A stretch of 38,603 nucleotides of DNA from positions 1-38,603 of the forward strand of contig DASVNC010000290.1 in assembly GCA_036384055.1 (NCBI GenBank), given 5' to 3'. Below the pieces are notes generated by a model. It was not told the DNA's origin. It worked only from the letters and a program-made list of their open reading frames with translations, and made no database searches. Below are positions 18,541 to 26,612 of this stretch, in pieces. The DNA is from Parvibaculum sp. Lineage in GTDB: Bacteria > Pseudomonadota > Alphaproteobacteria > Parvibaculales > Parvibaculaceae. The position numbers and the translations under genes were made by a program. Numbering within the stretch: the first letter of the stretch is position 1; every line of letters begins with the position of its first letter.

Positions 18541-18558
18541 ATGATGGTTTTGTTACAG
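18541..18558 (-). promoter_or_regulatory. Pho box (PhoB binding site)
   Basis: Minus strand CTGTAAC-AAAA-CCATCAT matches CTGTCAT-N4-CTGTCAT, upstream of pstCAB. Confidence 0.7.
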
Positions 18559-18636
18559 CCGGATCATCGGCGGAAAAGAGCGGCAGGCCCTCCCGATTCG
18601 CCGGTCCCATTCGCTTGGCCGATTCGCCTGCCCGCC

Positions 18637-19251
18637 TCAGCGTTTGGGCCGGTAGAGCCAGAGGGTCAGTGCCAGAGCGGCGACAACGGCGACCGCGCCC
18701 AGAAGGGCGATCCATTCCCAGCCGCCCTCGCCATTCGTGACGTTGACGACGGAGGTCGCCAGGAGCCCGGGGAGCAGGAGCAATGGCGCCCAGAGTATTG
18801 CCGAGGCGATATTGGCGACCCAGAAGCGGCGGGGTTCCATTTCCATCATCCCGGCGACCAGGGGGATGACGGCCCGGACGGGGCCGAAAAAGCGGCCGAT
18901 GAAAACGCTCTTGCCGCCATGCCTGTGGAAAAAGGCGTGGCCGTGCTCGAGAAGCTCGGGCCGGCTGGAAAAGGGCCAGAGCCGCGGCACGAGATGACCG
19001 AAGCGCAGGCCGATCCAGTAGGACACGCCGTCGCCGAGCGCCGCGCCCGTTATGCCGCCAAAGAGCAGGGGCAGGACGGGCACCGCGCCGCTCGGGATCA
19101 GGGCGCCTGCCGCCAGCATGATGGCCGTGCCGGGAAAGAGCAGGCTCAGAAAGGCGAAAGATTCGCCGAATGACACCACGAACATGATCGGGGCTGTCCA
19201 CACCGCATGGGCAGCGATGAAGGCGGCCAGCTCCTGTACGTAGCGATCCAT
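18637..19251 (-). CDS. DedA family membrane protein
   Basis: FGESFAFLSLLFPG, GAALGDGVSYWIG, FIGRFFGPVRAVIPLVAG, NIASAILW. Start moved to MDRYV at 19251. Confidence 0.9.
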   Translation of the reverse strand: MDRYVQELAAFIAAHAVWTAPIMFVVSFGESFAFLSLLFPGTAIMLAAGALIPSGAVPVLPLLFGGITGAALGDGVSYWIGLRFGHLVPRLWPFSSRPELLEHGHAFFHRHGGKSVFIGRFFGPVRAVIPLVAGMMEMEPRRFWVANIASAILWAPLLLLPGLLATSVVNVTNGEGGWEWIALLGAVAVVAALALTLWLYRPKR

Positions 19252-19268
19252 CGGCGACCGGCCCTGGT

Positions 19269-20822
19269 TCAGGCGTAGGCGTAGGGTCCGCCTTTTTCGA
19301 GTGCGCGCTTGTAGGCGGGGCGGGCCTGCAGGCGATCGACCAGATCGAGGAGGTTCGGATAGTCCTTCAGAAGGCCCCGGGCCTTGGCGGCTTCGAGGGG
19401 GAAGGAATTCTGGATGTCGGCGGCGCTGAATTCCTTGCCGAGCAGATAGCCGCCTTTTTCGACCAGGCCGTTCATATAGGCGAAGTGGTTGGCGATCTCG
19501 CTGGTGATGCGCGGCGCGAGCGGCGCGGCGGCCTCGCCCAGGCGGCTCGTATAGAGCGACAGCAACAACGGCAGCATGGCCGAGCCTTCGGCGAAGTGCA
19601 GCCATTCGATGTAGCGGTCGTGGGCGGGTGTGTTCTCGGCCGGGGCGAGCTTGCCCTTGCCGTATTTCTTCGTCAGCAGTTCGATGATCGCGCCGGATTC
19701 GGCCATGATTTGATCGCCGTCGGTGACGACGGGGGATTTGCCGAGCGGGTGGATGTTCTTCAGTTCCGGCGGCGCGAGGTTCGTCGTCGCGTCGCGCTGG
19801 TATTTGACGATCTCATAGGGGAGGCCGAGCTCCTCGAGCAGCCAGAGAATCCGCTGCGAGCGCGAGTTGTTGAGATGGTGAACCTTGATCATGGATTTGT
19901 TTTCTTTTGTTGATGCGGTGCCGGGTTTCAACTGTGCCTTGGCGAAGGCGGCGATTTGGTCGATGGCCTGCTCGCCTTCCGGCAGGCGGTCCGCCATCAG
20001 CTGCCAGACGTGCCAGACTTTCGGCCAGACATCGAGCGTCGCCGCGACGCCAGACGCTTTCATCTTGTCGGCCATGCGGGTGCTGTCGTCGAGTAACATT
20101 TCCGTGGCCCCCACCTGGAAGAGCGTCGGCGGCAGGCCGGAGACATCTCCAAAAAGCGGCGACAGGTAAGGGTTTTCAAGATCGGCGCCGGGGCAATAGC
20201 GCGGCTTGATCGTGTGCATCATTTCGGGGACGAACATCGCATCCGCTTTTGCATTTGTGCGGATCGAGTTGCCGCTCGATGTGAGATCCGTCGCCGGGGA
20301 GAGGCAGACAAGGGCGGCAGGCAGGGGCACACCTTCCGCCTTGAGGCGTAAGGCGAGCGCCAGCGTCAGGTTTCCGCCCGCGCTGTCGCCGCCGACGACG
20401 ATGGCGGACGCGGAAATGCCCTGCGCCAGAAGCCCGCGATAGGCGGCGACGCAATCGTCGAGACCGGCGGGATAAAAATGTTCGGGCGCGAGGCGATAGT
20501 CCGGCGCGTAGACGGGGATACCGATCTTCTTCGCCAGCCGCCATGTGAGCGGGCGGTGCGAAACAGGCGATCCGGCGACCCAGCCGCCGCCGTGGATATA
20601 GAGGAAAGCCGCGTTTCCATTCGTTCCGGGCGCGGACAGGCGTTCGGTCTGAACACCGCCCAGTGTCAGCGCCTCGAGGGCGATGTCCTTGGGCGGCGCG
20701 GGCTGGAGCTGCGTCATTTCGTTCAGCATGGGACGAAGATCGAGGACGTCGGGCTTCTTCAGGAAGCGGCGCTTCACCTGAAAGCGGAGGATCTGATTCA
20801 AAATGATGCGCTGAATGCTCAT
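19269..20822 (-). CDS. In-frame fusion of HSL-family alpha/beta-hydrolase (aa 1-~300) and glutathione S-transferase (own ATG at 19892)
   Basis: Esterase motifs HGGG, GGDSAGG, E..LDD, HVW. GST motifs MIKVHHLNNSRSQRILWLLEEL, HPLGKSP, ESGAI, FSAADIQ. No stop codon between them. Confidence 0.85.
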   Translation of the reverse strand: MSIQRIILNQILRFQVKRRFLKKPDVLDLRPMLNEMTQLQPAPPKDIALEALTLGGVQTERLSAPGTNGNAAFLYIHGGGWVAGSPVSHRPLTWRLAKKIGIPVYAPDYRLAPEHFYPAGLDDCVAAYRGLLAQGISASAIVVGGDSAGGNLTLALALRLKAEGVPLPAALVCLSPATDLTSSGNSIRTNAKADAMFVPEMMHTIKPRYCPGADLENPYLSPLFGDVSGLPPTLFQVGATEMLLDDSTRMADKMKASGVAATLDVWPKVWHVWQLMADRLPEGEQAIDQIAAFAKAQLKPGTASTKENKSMIKVHHLNNSRSQRILWLLEELGLPYEIVKYQRDATTNLAPPELKNIHPLGKSPVVTDGDQIMAESGAIIELLTKKYGKGKLAPAENTPAHDRYIEWLHFAEGSAMLPLLLSLYTSRLGEAAAPLAPRITSEIANHFAYMNGLVEKGGYLLGKEFSAADIQNSFPLEAAKARGLLKDYPNLLDLVDRLQARPAYKRALEKGGPYAYA

Positions 20823-20914
20823 GACGCTCCCGGCCCTTTTATCTTGTTTCCCGCTCTTTCGGCGGCCCGCCGATGCAAGCTGGCGGGGCAGGGACTGTCA
20901 AGGAAAGATGACGG

Positions 20915-22144
20915 TCAGGCAGGCTTCGCCGCGAGACCCTGACGGACCAGCCGGATCAACAGGGCCGCCGCGACCAGTTCCAGCACGCCGGCGGCAAGAT
21001 AGGCCGCGCCCGGAAAATAGACAGGCGCGCCGGGTGCGGTGAAATAGCTGAAAAGCTGGGTCATCAGGAACGGGCTGATGACGGCGGTGACGCTCGATGC
21101 GCTGGATATGCCGCCCTGCAATTCGCCCTGCGCGTTGGCAGGCACCACGCCCGACATCAAGCCCTGGATCGAGGGATAGGCGATGGCGGACAGCGCGCCC
21201 GGGATCATGAAGATATAGACCACCCATCCATAGGGCGCGAAGGCATAGCCGAAGAAGGCGATGGCGGAGAGCGCGAGGCCGGTATAGGCGGCCCATCTCT
21301 CGCCCATGCGCGGCACGATCACGCGGATGAGGCCGCCCTGGACAATCGCCATCATCAGGCCGACAGCGCCGAGCGAGTAGCCGATCTCGCGCGGCGACCA
21401 GTGGAATTTTTCGACGGTGTAGAAGCTCCAGATCGCGGGCAGGCTGTTGTGGGCGAGGTAGTGGACGAAGAGAACGCCGATGAGACCGAGGACCAGCGGA
21501 TAGGCGCCGATCTGCGTGAGTGCGCCGACCGGATTGGCGCGCGCCCATGAAAAGTTTCGGCGGTTTCCCGCCGCCAGCGTTTCGGGCAAAACGAAATAGC
21601 CATAGATCATGTTGAGAATAGCGAGCGCGGCGGCGGCGAAGAACGGGGCATGTGTGCCGAATTCGCCGAGCAGGCCGCCGATCACCGGCCCGACGACGAA
21701 ACCGACGCCGAAGGCGGCGCCCATCAGGCCGAAACTCTTGGCCCGGTCTTCGGGCGCGGTGACGTCCGCGACATAGGCATAGGCCGGCGTGAACGTGGCG
21801 CCGGTGATGCCCGAGATCAGACGCCCCAGAAAAAGCCAGGCGATCGACGGCGCCCAGCCCATCAGCGTGTAGTCGGCGCTGAAGGCCAGCAGCGCCAGAA
21901 GGAGAACGGGCCTGCGGCCGAAGCGGTCGCTCAGATTGCCCATGATCGGTGCGCAGACAAACTGCATCAGGGCGAAGACGACGGCGAGCCAGCCGCCATA
22001 GACAGAAGCGGTCGACATGTCGCCGCCGGTGAGATTGACGATCAGCCGCGGCAGGACCGGCATGATGATGCCGAAGCCGATCGAGTCGATGAGCACCGTG
22101 ACGAAAATAAAAGTAAGCGCGTGCTTTCTGCTTCCCGCCGCCAT
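20915..22144 (-). CDS. TCR/Tet-family MFS transporter (DHA1)
   Basis: [28 protein letters not shown] (motif A), [29 protein letters not shown]. Confidence 0.9.
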   Translation of the reverse strand: MAAGSRKHALTFIFVTVLIDSIGFGIIMPVLPRLIVNLTGGDMSTASVYGGWLAVVFALMQFVCAPIMGNLSDRFGRRPVLLLALLAFSADYTLMGWAPSIAWLFLGRLISGITGATFTPAYAYVADVTAPEDRAKSFGLMGAAFGVGFVVGPVIGGLLGEFGTHAPFFAAAALAILNMIYGYFVLPETLAAGNRRNFSWARANPVGALTQIGAYPLVLGLIGVLFVHYLAHNSLPAIWSFYTVEKFHWSPREIGYSLGAVGLMMAIVQGGLIRVIVPRMGERWAAYTGLALSAIAFFGYAFAPYGWVVYIFMIPGALSAIAYPSIQGLMSGVVPANAQGELQGGISSASSVTAVISPFLMTQLFSYFTAPGAPVYFPGAAYLAAGVLELVAAALLIRLVRQGLAAKPA

Positions 22145-22225
22145 CGGTTCTCCTCATGCCGCCCGGTCCGGACTTTTTCGGAAAGGGCCTCGCTTGCGTA
22201 ACAGCCGGCCGCCATTGCGGCCCCC

Positions 22226-22260
22226 GAAAAACAAAATGGCCGGGCGCTGGGCCCGGCCAT
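22226..22260 (-). terminator. Rho-independent terminator of the cold-shock gene
   Basis: ATGGCCGGGC/GCCCGGCCAT stem (22236-22260), followed on the minus strand by a T-rich tract. Confidence 0.75.
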
Positions 22261-22284
22261 CAATTTCGAACGTAGGCCTAAGCC

Positions 22285-22488
22285 TTACGCAACCGCGAGG
22301 TTCGCGGCCGAGGTCTTGCCTTTTTCGGTCACGAGCTCGTAATTGATCTTCTGACCTTCATTGAGCGAGCTCAGACCAGCGCGCTCAACGGCGCTGATAT
22401 GCACGAACACGTCGCGACCGCCGTCGGACGGCTGGATGAATCCGTAACCCTTCTGGGCGTTGAACCACTTCACGGTACCACTAGCCAT
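22285..22488 (-). CDS. cspA: Cold-shock protein (CspA family)
   Basis: MASGTVKWFNAQKGYGFI (RNP1), DVFVHISA (RNP2), KTSAANL. AAGGAG RBS. Confidence 0.95.
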   Translation of the reverse strand: MASGTVKWFNAQKGYGFIQPSDGGRDVFVHISAVERAGLSSLNEGQKINYELVTEKGKTSAANLAVA

Positions 22489-22765
22489 GTATGTCTCCTT
22501 GCGCACTTGCGTGCGGAAATAACCACGCTCCCATCGCGCGGCGGATGACAACCTGATTTTGGGAAGTGTCTTGAAAGGCCCCCAAGGGCAACGCAGCCAA
22601 GGCAGGCCAAAACGTCGATTGCCCTGAAAGCAAACAAGATTAGCCGCCGCGAGTCAACCGGTTTAGGCCCTACGCGGACGGAATGCGGCGTGCCGAAATC
22701 GTCCAAGCATCTGTATCGGTTGGGAAATTTTCGGCAGGCGCCGGCGGCGGCCGCGGCGGCCTGCG

Positions 22766-23002
22766 TTACTGGCCGATGTTCTTGCGGACGAAGGTGACGG
22801 CGTAAAAAGCCTCGCCGTCGAAGAGGTCTTTCGGCGCGCCGAGACCTTCGATCATCTGGAAACGGCGCTGAACGATCTGGCCCTCCATGCGGTAGCCCTT
22901 CTCGCTCATGTTGCGGCGATGGAACTCCATCGCCGCCGGCGTGAAGTCTTTGGCCAGCACGGTAATGCGCTCGGGCAAATCGCTTGTCTTGTCGTCAGCC
23001 AT
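22766..23002 (-). CDS. Hypothetical protein (78 aa)
   Basis: Natural-looking composition and GC3-rich codons, in an intergenic-sized slot with a GAGA-type RBS. No family recognised. Confidence 0.7.
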   Translation of the reverse strand: MADDKTSDLPERITVLAKDFTPAAMEFHRRNMSEKGYRMEGQIVQRRFQMIEGLGAPKDLFDGEAFYAVTFVRKNIGQ

Positions 23003-23101
23003 GCCGGTGTCTCTGTCATCCTGAAATGAGTGCCGATCGGCGGTGCCCTATCGACTTTCGCGCAGTATGGGGCGGGGTGTTCTGCTTGTCGAGTAGCCGG
23101 C

Positions 23102-24193
23102 TTAGAGCAGGGGCGACTGGGCGATGAAGAAGGATCCGACCATCATCATCAGGCCCATCAGGAGGATGAAGAGGCCGCCGCCGATTTCGAGGCCGCGTTC
23201 GATGCGGCGCGTCCAGGGGCTGTCGGTGGTGGAGGCGATTCCGAGCGCCGCGTTCTTGGAAACGAGCGTCAGGATGGCCAGGGAGGACACCGTGATCGCG
23301 GTGCCGACCGACATGGCCAGGGCCGAAAGCGCGCCGATCAGGAAGGCGCCCTGCGTCAATGCAAACAGCAAGACGAGAATGGCGCCGGTGCAGGGGCGCA
23401 GGCCCACCGCGAGGATCATGGCCGTCATGCTGCGCCAGTCGTTGCGGTTGCGCATATCCTCGGGCGTCGGCATGTGCGCGTGGCCGTGATGGTCATGCCC
23501 GTGGTCGTGATGATGGTCGTGACCGTGCTCATGATCGTGGTTGTGCGCGTGGCTGTGATCGCCATGAGGCCGATGGCGCCGGAGTGCGCGCCAGAGCAGC
23601 GCCGCGCCGAGGCCGATGACAAGCAGGAAGCTTGCCCGTTCGATCAGCGGAACGGCGTCCGCCACGGCGCGGTGGGTGAGGCCGAGGACGATGGCCAGCG
23701 CACCGACGGCGACGACAGCCGTTATCGCCTGGGCGAAGGAGGACAGAAAGGCGATGAGAATACCCCGCCTGACGTCGCGCTCGTCGGCGAGCAGGTAGGA
23801 GGTTACGACGATCTTGCCGTGGCCGGGGCCGACCGCATGAAAAATGCCATAGGCGAAAGAGAGCGAGGCGAGTGTCCAGGCGGCGGCGAGCGAATGTTCG
23901 AGGTTCACCGCGCGGAAGGCTTTCGCCATGCCGCGATAGTAGGTCTGCTGGACCGTCATGGCATAGGTGATGATGCCGCCGAGCGGCGTCCAGCCGGAAC
24001 TTTCCGGTGCGGGCGAGGGCGCCATATCGGCTGCGGCCGGGGCCGAGGAGGGTGGCGTCGGCATGCCGAAGGGCTGGCCGGCCTGCGCCGCGTGCGGCGC
24101 CAGCCACAAGGCGAAAATGAGAACCGCGAGGAGTGCGTGGAAGCGATGCTTGCGGGCGTTCATCGCTATCCTCATGGGCATCGCTATCCTCAT
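23102..24193 (-). CDS. Nickel/cobalt transporter (RcnA/NicO-like) with His-rich loop
   Basis: YGIFHAVGPGHGK, GLRPCTGA motifs and His-rich loop 23474-23575. The start is ambiguous (24193, 24181 or 24163) because of a tandem duplication. Confidence 0.88.
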   Translation of the reverse strand: MRIAMPMRIAMNARKHRFHALLAVLIFALWLAPHAAQAGQPFGMPTPPSSAPAAADMAPSPAPESSGWTPLGGIITYAMTVQQTYYRGMAKAFRAVNLEHSLAAAWTLASLSFAYGIFHAVGPGHGKIVVTSYLLADERDVRRGILIAFLSSFAQAITAVVAVGALAIVLGLTHRAVADAVPLIERASFLLVIGLGAALLWRALRRHRPHGDHSHAHNHDHEHGHDHHHDHGHDHHGHAHMPTPEDMRNRNDWRSMTAMILAVGLRPCTGAILVLLFALTQGAFLIGALSALAMSVGTAITVSSLAILTLVSKNAALGIASTTDSPWTRRIERGLEIGGGLFILLMGLMMMVGSFFIAQSPLL

Positions 24194-24198
24194 GGGCA
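24161..24198. repeat. 18-bp perfect tandem duplication (CATCGCTATCCTCATGGG x2)
   Basis: Units at 24161-24178 and 24179-24196, plus CA. Spans the DUF1007 stop and the transporter RBS/start. Confidence 0.9.
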
Positions 24199-24855
24199 GA
24201 CCAGAGTGGCGGTGGTGGCGAAATAGCTGCCGAGGACGACCGCCTTTGGACCCATGAAGGCGCTTTCGGGAAGACCTGTCCAGATTTTCTCCGCGTTCGG
24301 CACCTTGGTCGACACCGTGCAGACGTCATGCGCGCCGGAGATCATGTGGATCGGGTCTGTTTTCACGAAGTCGATGGCGATGTAGTAGCTCGGATCGTAG
24401 ATCTTGAAGCGGATCGGCGCCTTCGCGGTTGCGGCGACAGGCGAGACGAGCGGAACGGTGAATGTCATGGTCAGGCGCCCGGCCTTGGCGTCGTAGGTCG
24501 AGCCGCCGTTGCGGGCGAGGCCGAGCTTGGCCGGTTTGCCGCCGGCGGTCACTTCGGCGAAGTAATGCCAGTCCTTCAGGTTCGCCAGGTTCACGTCGGC
24601 GAGCTTGGCAAGGTCCGCCGGATCGTAGCGGCCATCCGGCAGCTTCTTGAAATCCTGCACCGCGAAGGCCGAATAAAATTCGTCGAATGTCCAGGCGACG
24701 GTCAGCGCGTTGAGACGTTTGGCGTTGTCGAAAGAGAGATCGACCGTCATGTCGATCCAGACGTGCGGATGGGCCAACGCCGGAGCGGTGCCGGCGAGCA
24801 AAAGAAAAAGCGCGACGAAAACACGCCGCGCTCTTTCACCGAAGTTTGCCGTCAT
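24190..24855 (-). CDS. DUF1007 family periplasmic protein (partner of the Ni/Co/Zn transporter)
   Basis: Signal peptide ending ALA followed by HPHVWID, then WTFDEFYS and YDPSYY. Confidence 0.85.
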   Translation of the reverse strand: MTANFGERARRVFVALFLLLAGTAPALAHPHVWIDMTVDLSFDNAKRLNALTVAWTFDEFYSAFAVQDFKKLPDGRYDPADLAKLADVNLANLKDWHYFAEVTAGGKPAKLGLARNGGSTYDAKAGRLTMTFTVPLVSPVAATAKAPIRFKIYDPSYYIAIDFVKTDPIHMISGAHDVCTVSTKVPNAEKIWTGLPESAFMGPKAVVLGSYFATTATLVCP

Positions 24856-24920
24856 CTGGGGAACCTGTACTCGCTCAACGTAGGCGGCTCGCGCCGTACA
24901 GGCTCATCCGACCATATGCC

Positions 24921-25238
24921 CTAGTTGCTCGGACGCAGATAGTAGCCCGTGCCCTGCCAGTTCATGTCGCCCGAGAGATTCTGCTGCTGCTGAAAATGGG
25001 TCGGCGTCGCGGTCGTCGAGTAGGGGCTGAATGCCGATGCGGCCTGATCCCGGGCGGCGTCGTTGGTCGTGCGGATCGTCAGACCGCTCGATTGATCCTG
25101 ATCGGCATTGGCGTTTTCATTCAGCGCCGCCTGGGTCTCGGCGGTGTTGATCTGATAGGTCGTGTATGCGGAGGCGGGCGCCGCAGCGACCATGAAGCCG
25201 ACCGCACCCGCGGCGGCTGCCAGTGTGATTTTGCGCAT
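24921..25238 (-). CDS. Small secreted hypothetical protein
   Basis: Sec signal MRKITLAAAAGAVGFMVAAAPASA, polar T/N/Q-rich mature part, GGGAG RBS. Confidence 0.7.
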   Translation of the reverse strand: MRKITLAAAAGAVGFMVAAAPASAYTTYQINTAETQAALNENANADQDQSSGLTIRTTNDAARDQAASAFSPYSTTATPTHFQQQQNLSGDMNWQGTGYYLRPSN

Positions 25239-25416
25239 GTCGATGCTCCCGAATCCTGAGCGTTACTCAAGCCCCTCTAAGGTCTAGGAGATACCGGGTG
25301 CCGGCCCGGTGTCAAGGAAGCCAATATTAATTCGCAAGGGGGCGAAAGTGAGGCGGAATGGGCGCCGCGCCGGGCGCCACATTCCATAACCTGTTTAAAA
25401 CGGGCGGGTTTCCGGC

Positions 25417-26556
25417 CTAGAAGCCTTCCAGCACGGCGTAACGGTCGCGGTGGAAATTGCCGTCGCCGAAGGTCATGGCGGCGACGCGGGCGCGCTTCAT
25501 GTAGAGGCCGATGTCGAACTGGTCGGTCATGCCCATGCCGCCATGCATCTGCAGGCCCTCGTTGGTGACGAGGCGGGCGGTGTCCGACAGGCGGGCCTTG
25601 GCGAGGCTGGCGGCCCGCGGCACGTCGTTCCGCCTGGCCTCGAGCGCGGAGAGTGCGTCGAGAACGACGGAGCGGCAAAGTTCGATCTCCGAGAACATCA
25701 CTGCGGCGCGGTGCTTCAGCGCCTGGAAGGAGCCGATGGGAACGCCGAACTGCTTGCGTTCCTTCAGGTAGGTCACCGTCGTCTCGAAGACTTCGGAAAC
25801 GAGGCCGAGCATTTCGGCGGAAAGGCCGATGCGGGCGATGTCGAGCACCTGCTCCAGCACGTCATTGCCGCCGTCGACCGAACCGAGAACGCTGTCGGAG
25901 GAGACATCGACATTATCGAAGGAGATGTTGGCGGCGTTGCGGCTGTCGACCATCAGGGTGCGGGCAATCGTGACGCCCTTGGCCTTCGGATCGACCAGAA
26001 AGAGAGTGATGCCGGACTTGTCCCCGTCGGCGCCCGATGTGCGCGCCGCGACGATCAGCTTATCGGCGACGTGGCCGTCGAGAACGAAGGTCTTCCTGCC
26101 GGTGATCCGGTAGCCGCTGCCATGCGGCCTGGCATGGGTGGCGATCTGCGCCGGGTTGTGATGCGCGCCTTCCTCGAGCGCCAGCGCCATGACGATTTCG
26201 CCGGCGGCGATGGCCGAGAGGATTTCCTGGCGCTGGGTGGCGCTGCCGGCGAGCTGCACTGCGGAACCGCAGAGAAGCACGGTCGAGACGAGGGGGCTGG
26301 CGGCCAGCGCGCGGCCGGCTTGTTCCAGCACAAGGCCGAGGCCGACGGGGCCGAAGTCGGTGCCGCCGTATTTCTCGGAAATCAGGATGCCCGCGAAGCC
26401 GAGATCGGCCATGTCCTTCCAGACACCGCGGTCGAAGCCCGTCGGGTCTTTCGTGTCGCGGAGCCTGCGCAAATTGGCGATGGAGACGCGCTCCTGAAAG
26501 AACTGGGTCGCCGTATCGCGGAGAAGTTGCTGCTCCTCGGTCAGTACCATTGCCAT
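25417..26556 (-). CDS. Acyl-CoA dehydrogenase family protein (PimD-like, probably non-catalytic subunit)
   Basis: MVLTEEQQLLR, ITGRKTFV, ERKQFGVPIGSFQALKH, QMHGGMG, FGD. Start moved to 26556. Confidence 0.9.
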   Translation of the reverse strand: MAMVLTEEQQLLRDTATQFFQERVSIANLRRLRDTKDPTGFDRGVWKDMADLGFAGILISEKYGGTDFGPVGLGLVLEQAGRALAASPLVSTVLLCGSAVQLAGSATQRQEILSAIAAGEIVMALALEEGAHHNPAQIATHARPHGSGYRITGRKTFVLDGHVADKLIVAARTSGADGDKSGITLFLVDPKAKGVTIARTLMVDSRNAANISFDNVDVSSDSVLGSVDGGNDVLEQVLDIARIGLSAEMLGLVSEVFETTVTYLKERKQFGVPIGSFQALKHRAAVMFSEIELCRSVVLDALSALEARRNDVPRAASLAKARLSDTARLVTNEGLQMHGGMGMTDQFDIGLYMKRARVAAMTFGDGNFHRDRYAVLEGF

Positions 26557-26612
26557 CGAAGTCGAACTCTTTTGTTTTGTTCTTGTTGAGACAGGAAGGT
26601 TCCGGCGTCCGA

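Noticed and set aside
19252-19605. Long N-terminal extension of DedA
   Set aside because: It overlaps the GST coding region in another frame. DedA homology begins at MDRYV (19251).
20915-22144. Acquired tetracycline-resistance gene
   Set aside because: There is no adjacent tetR or mobile context and the composition is host-like, so it is best called a generic TCR/Tet-family MFS transporter.
23474-24198. CRISPR-like or larger repeat array
   Set aside because: The repeats are His-codon degeneracy and a single 18-bp duplication. There is no repeat-spacer periodicity and no cas genes.
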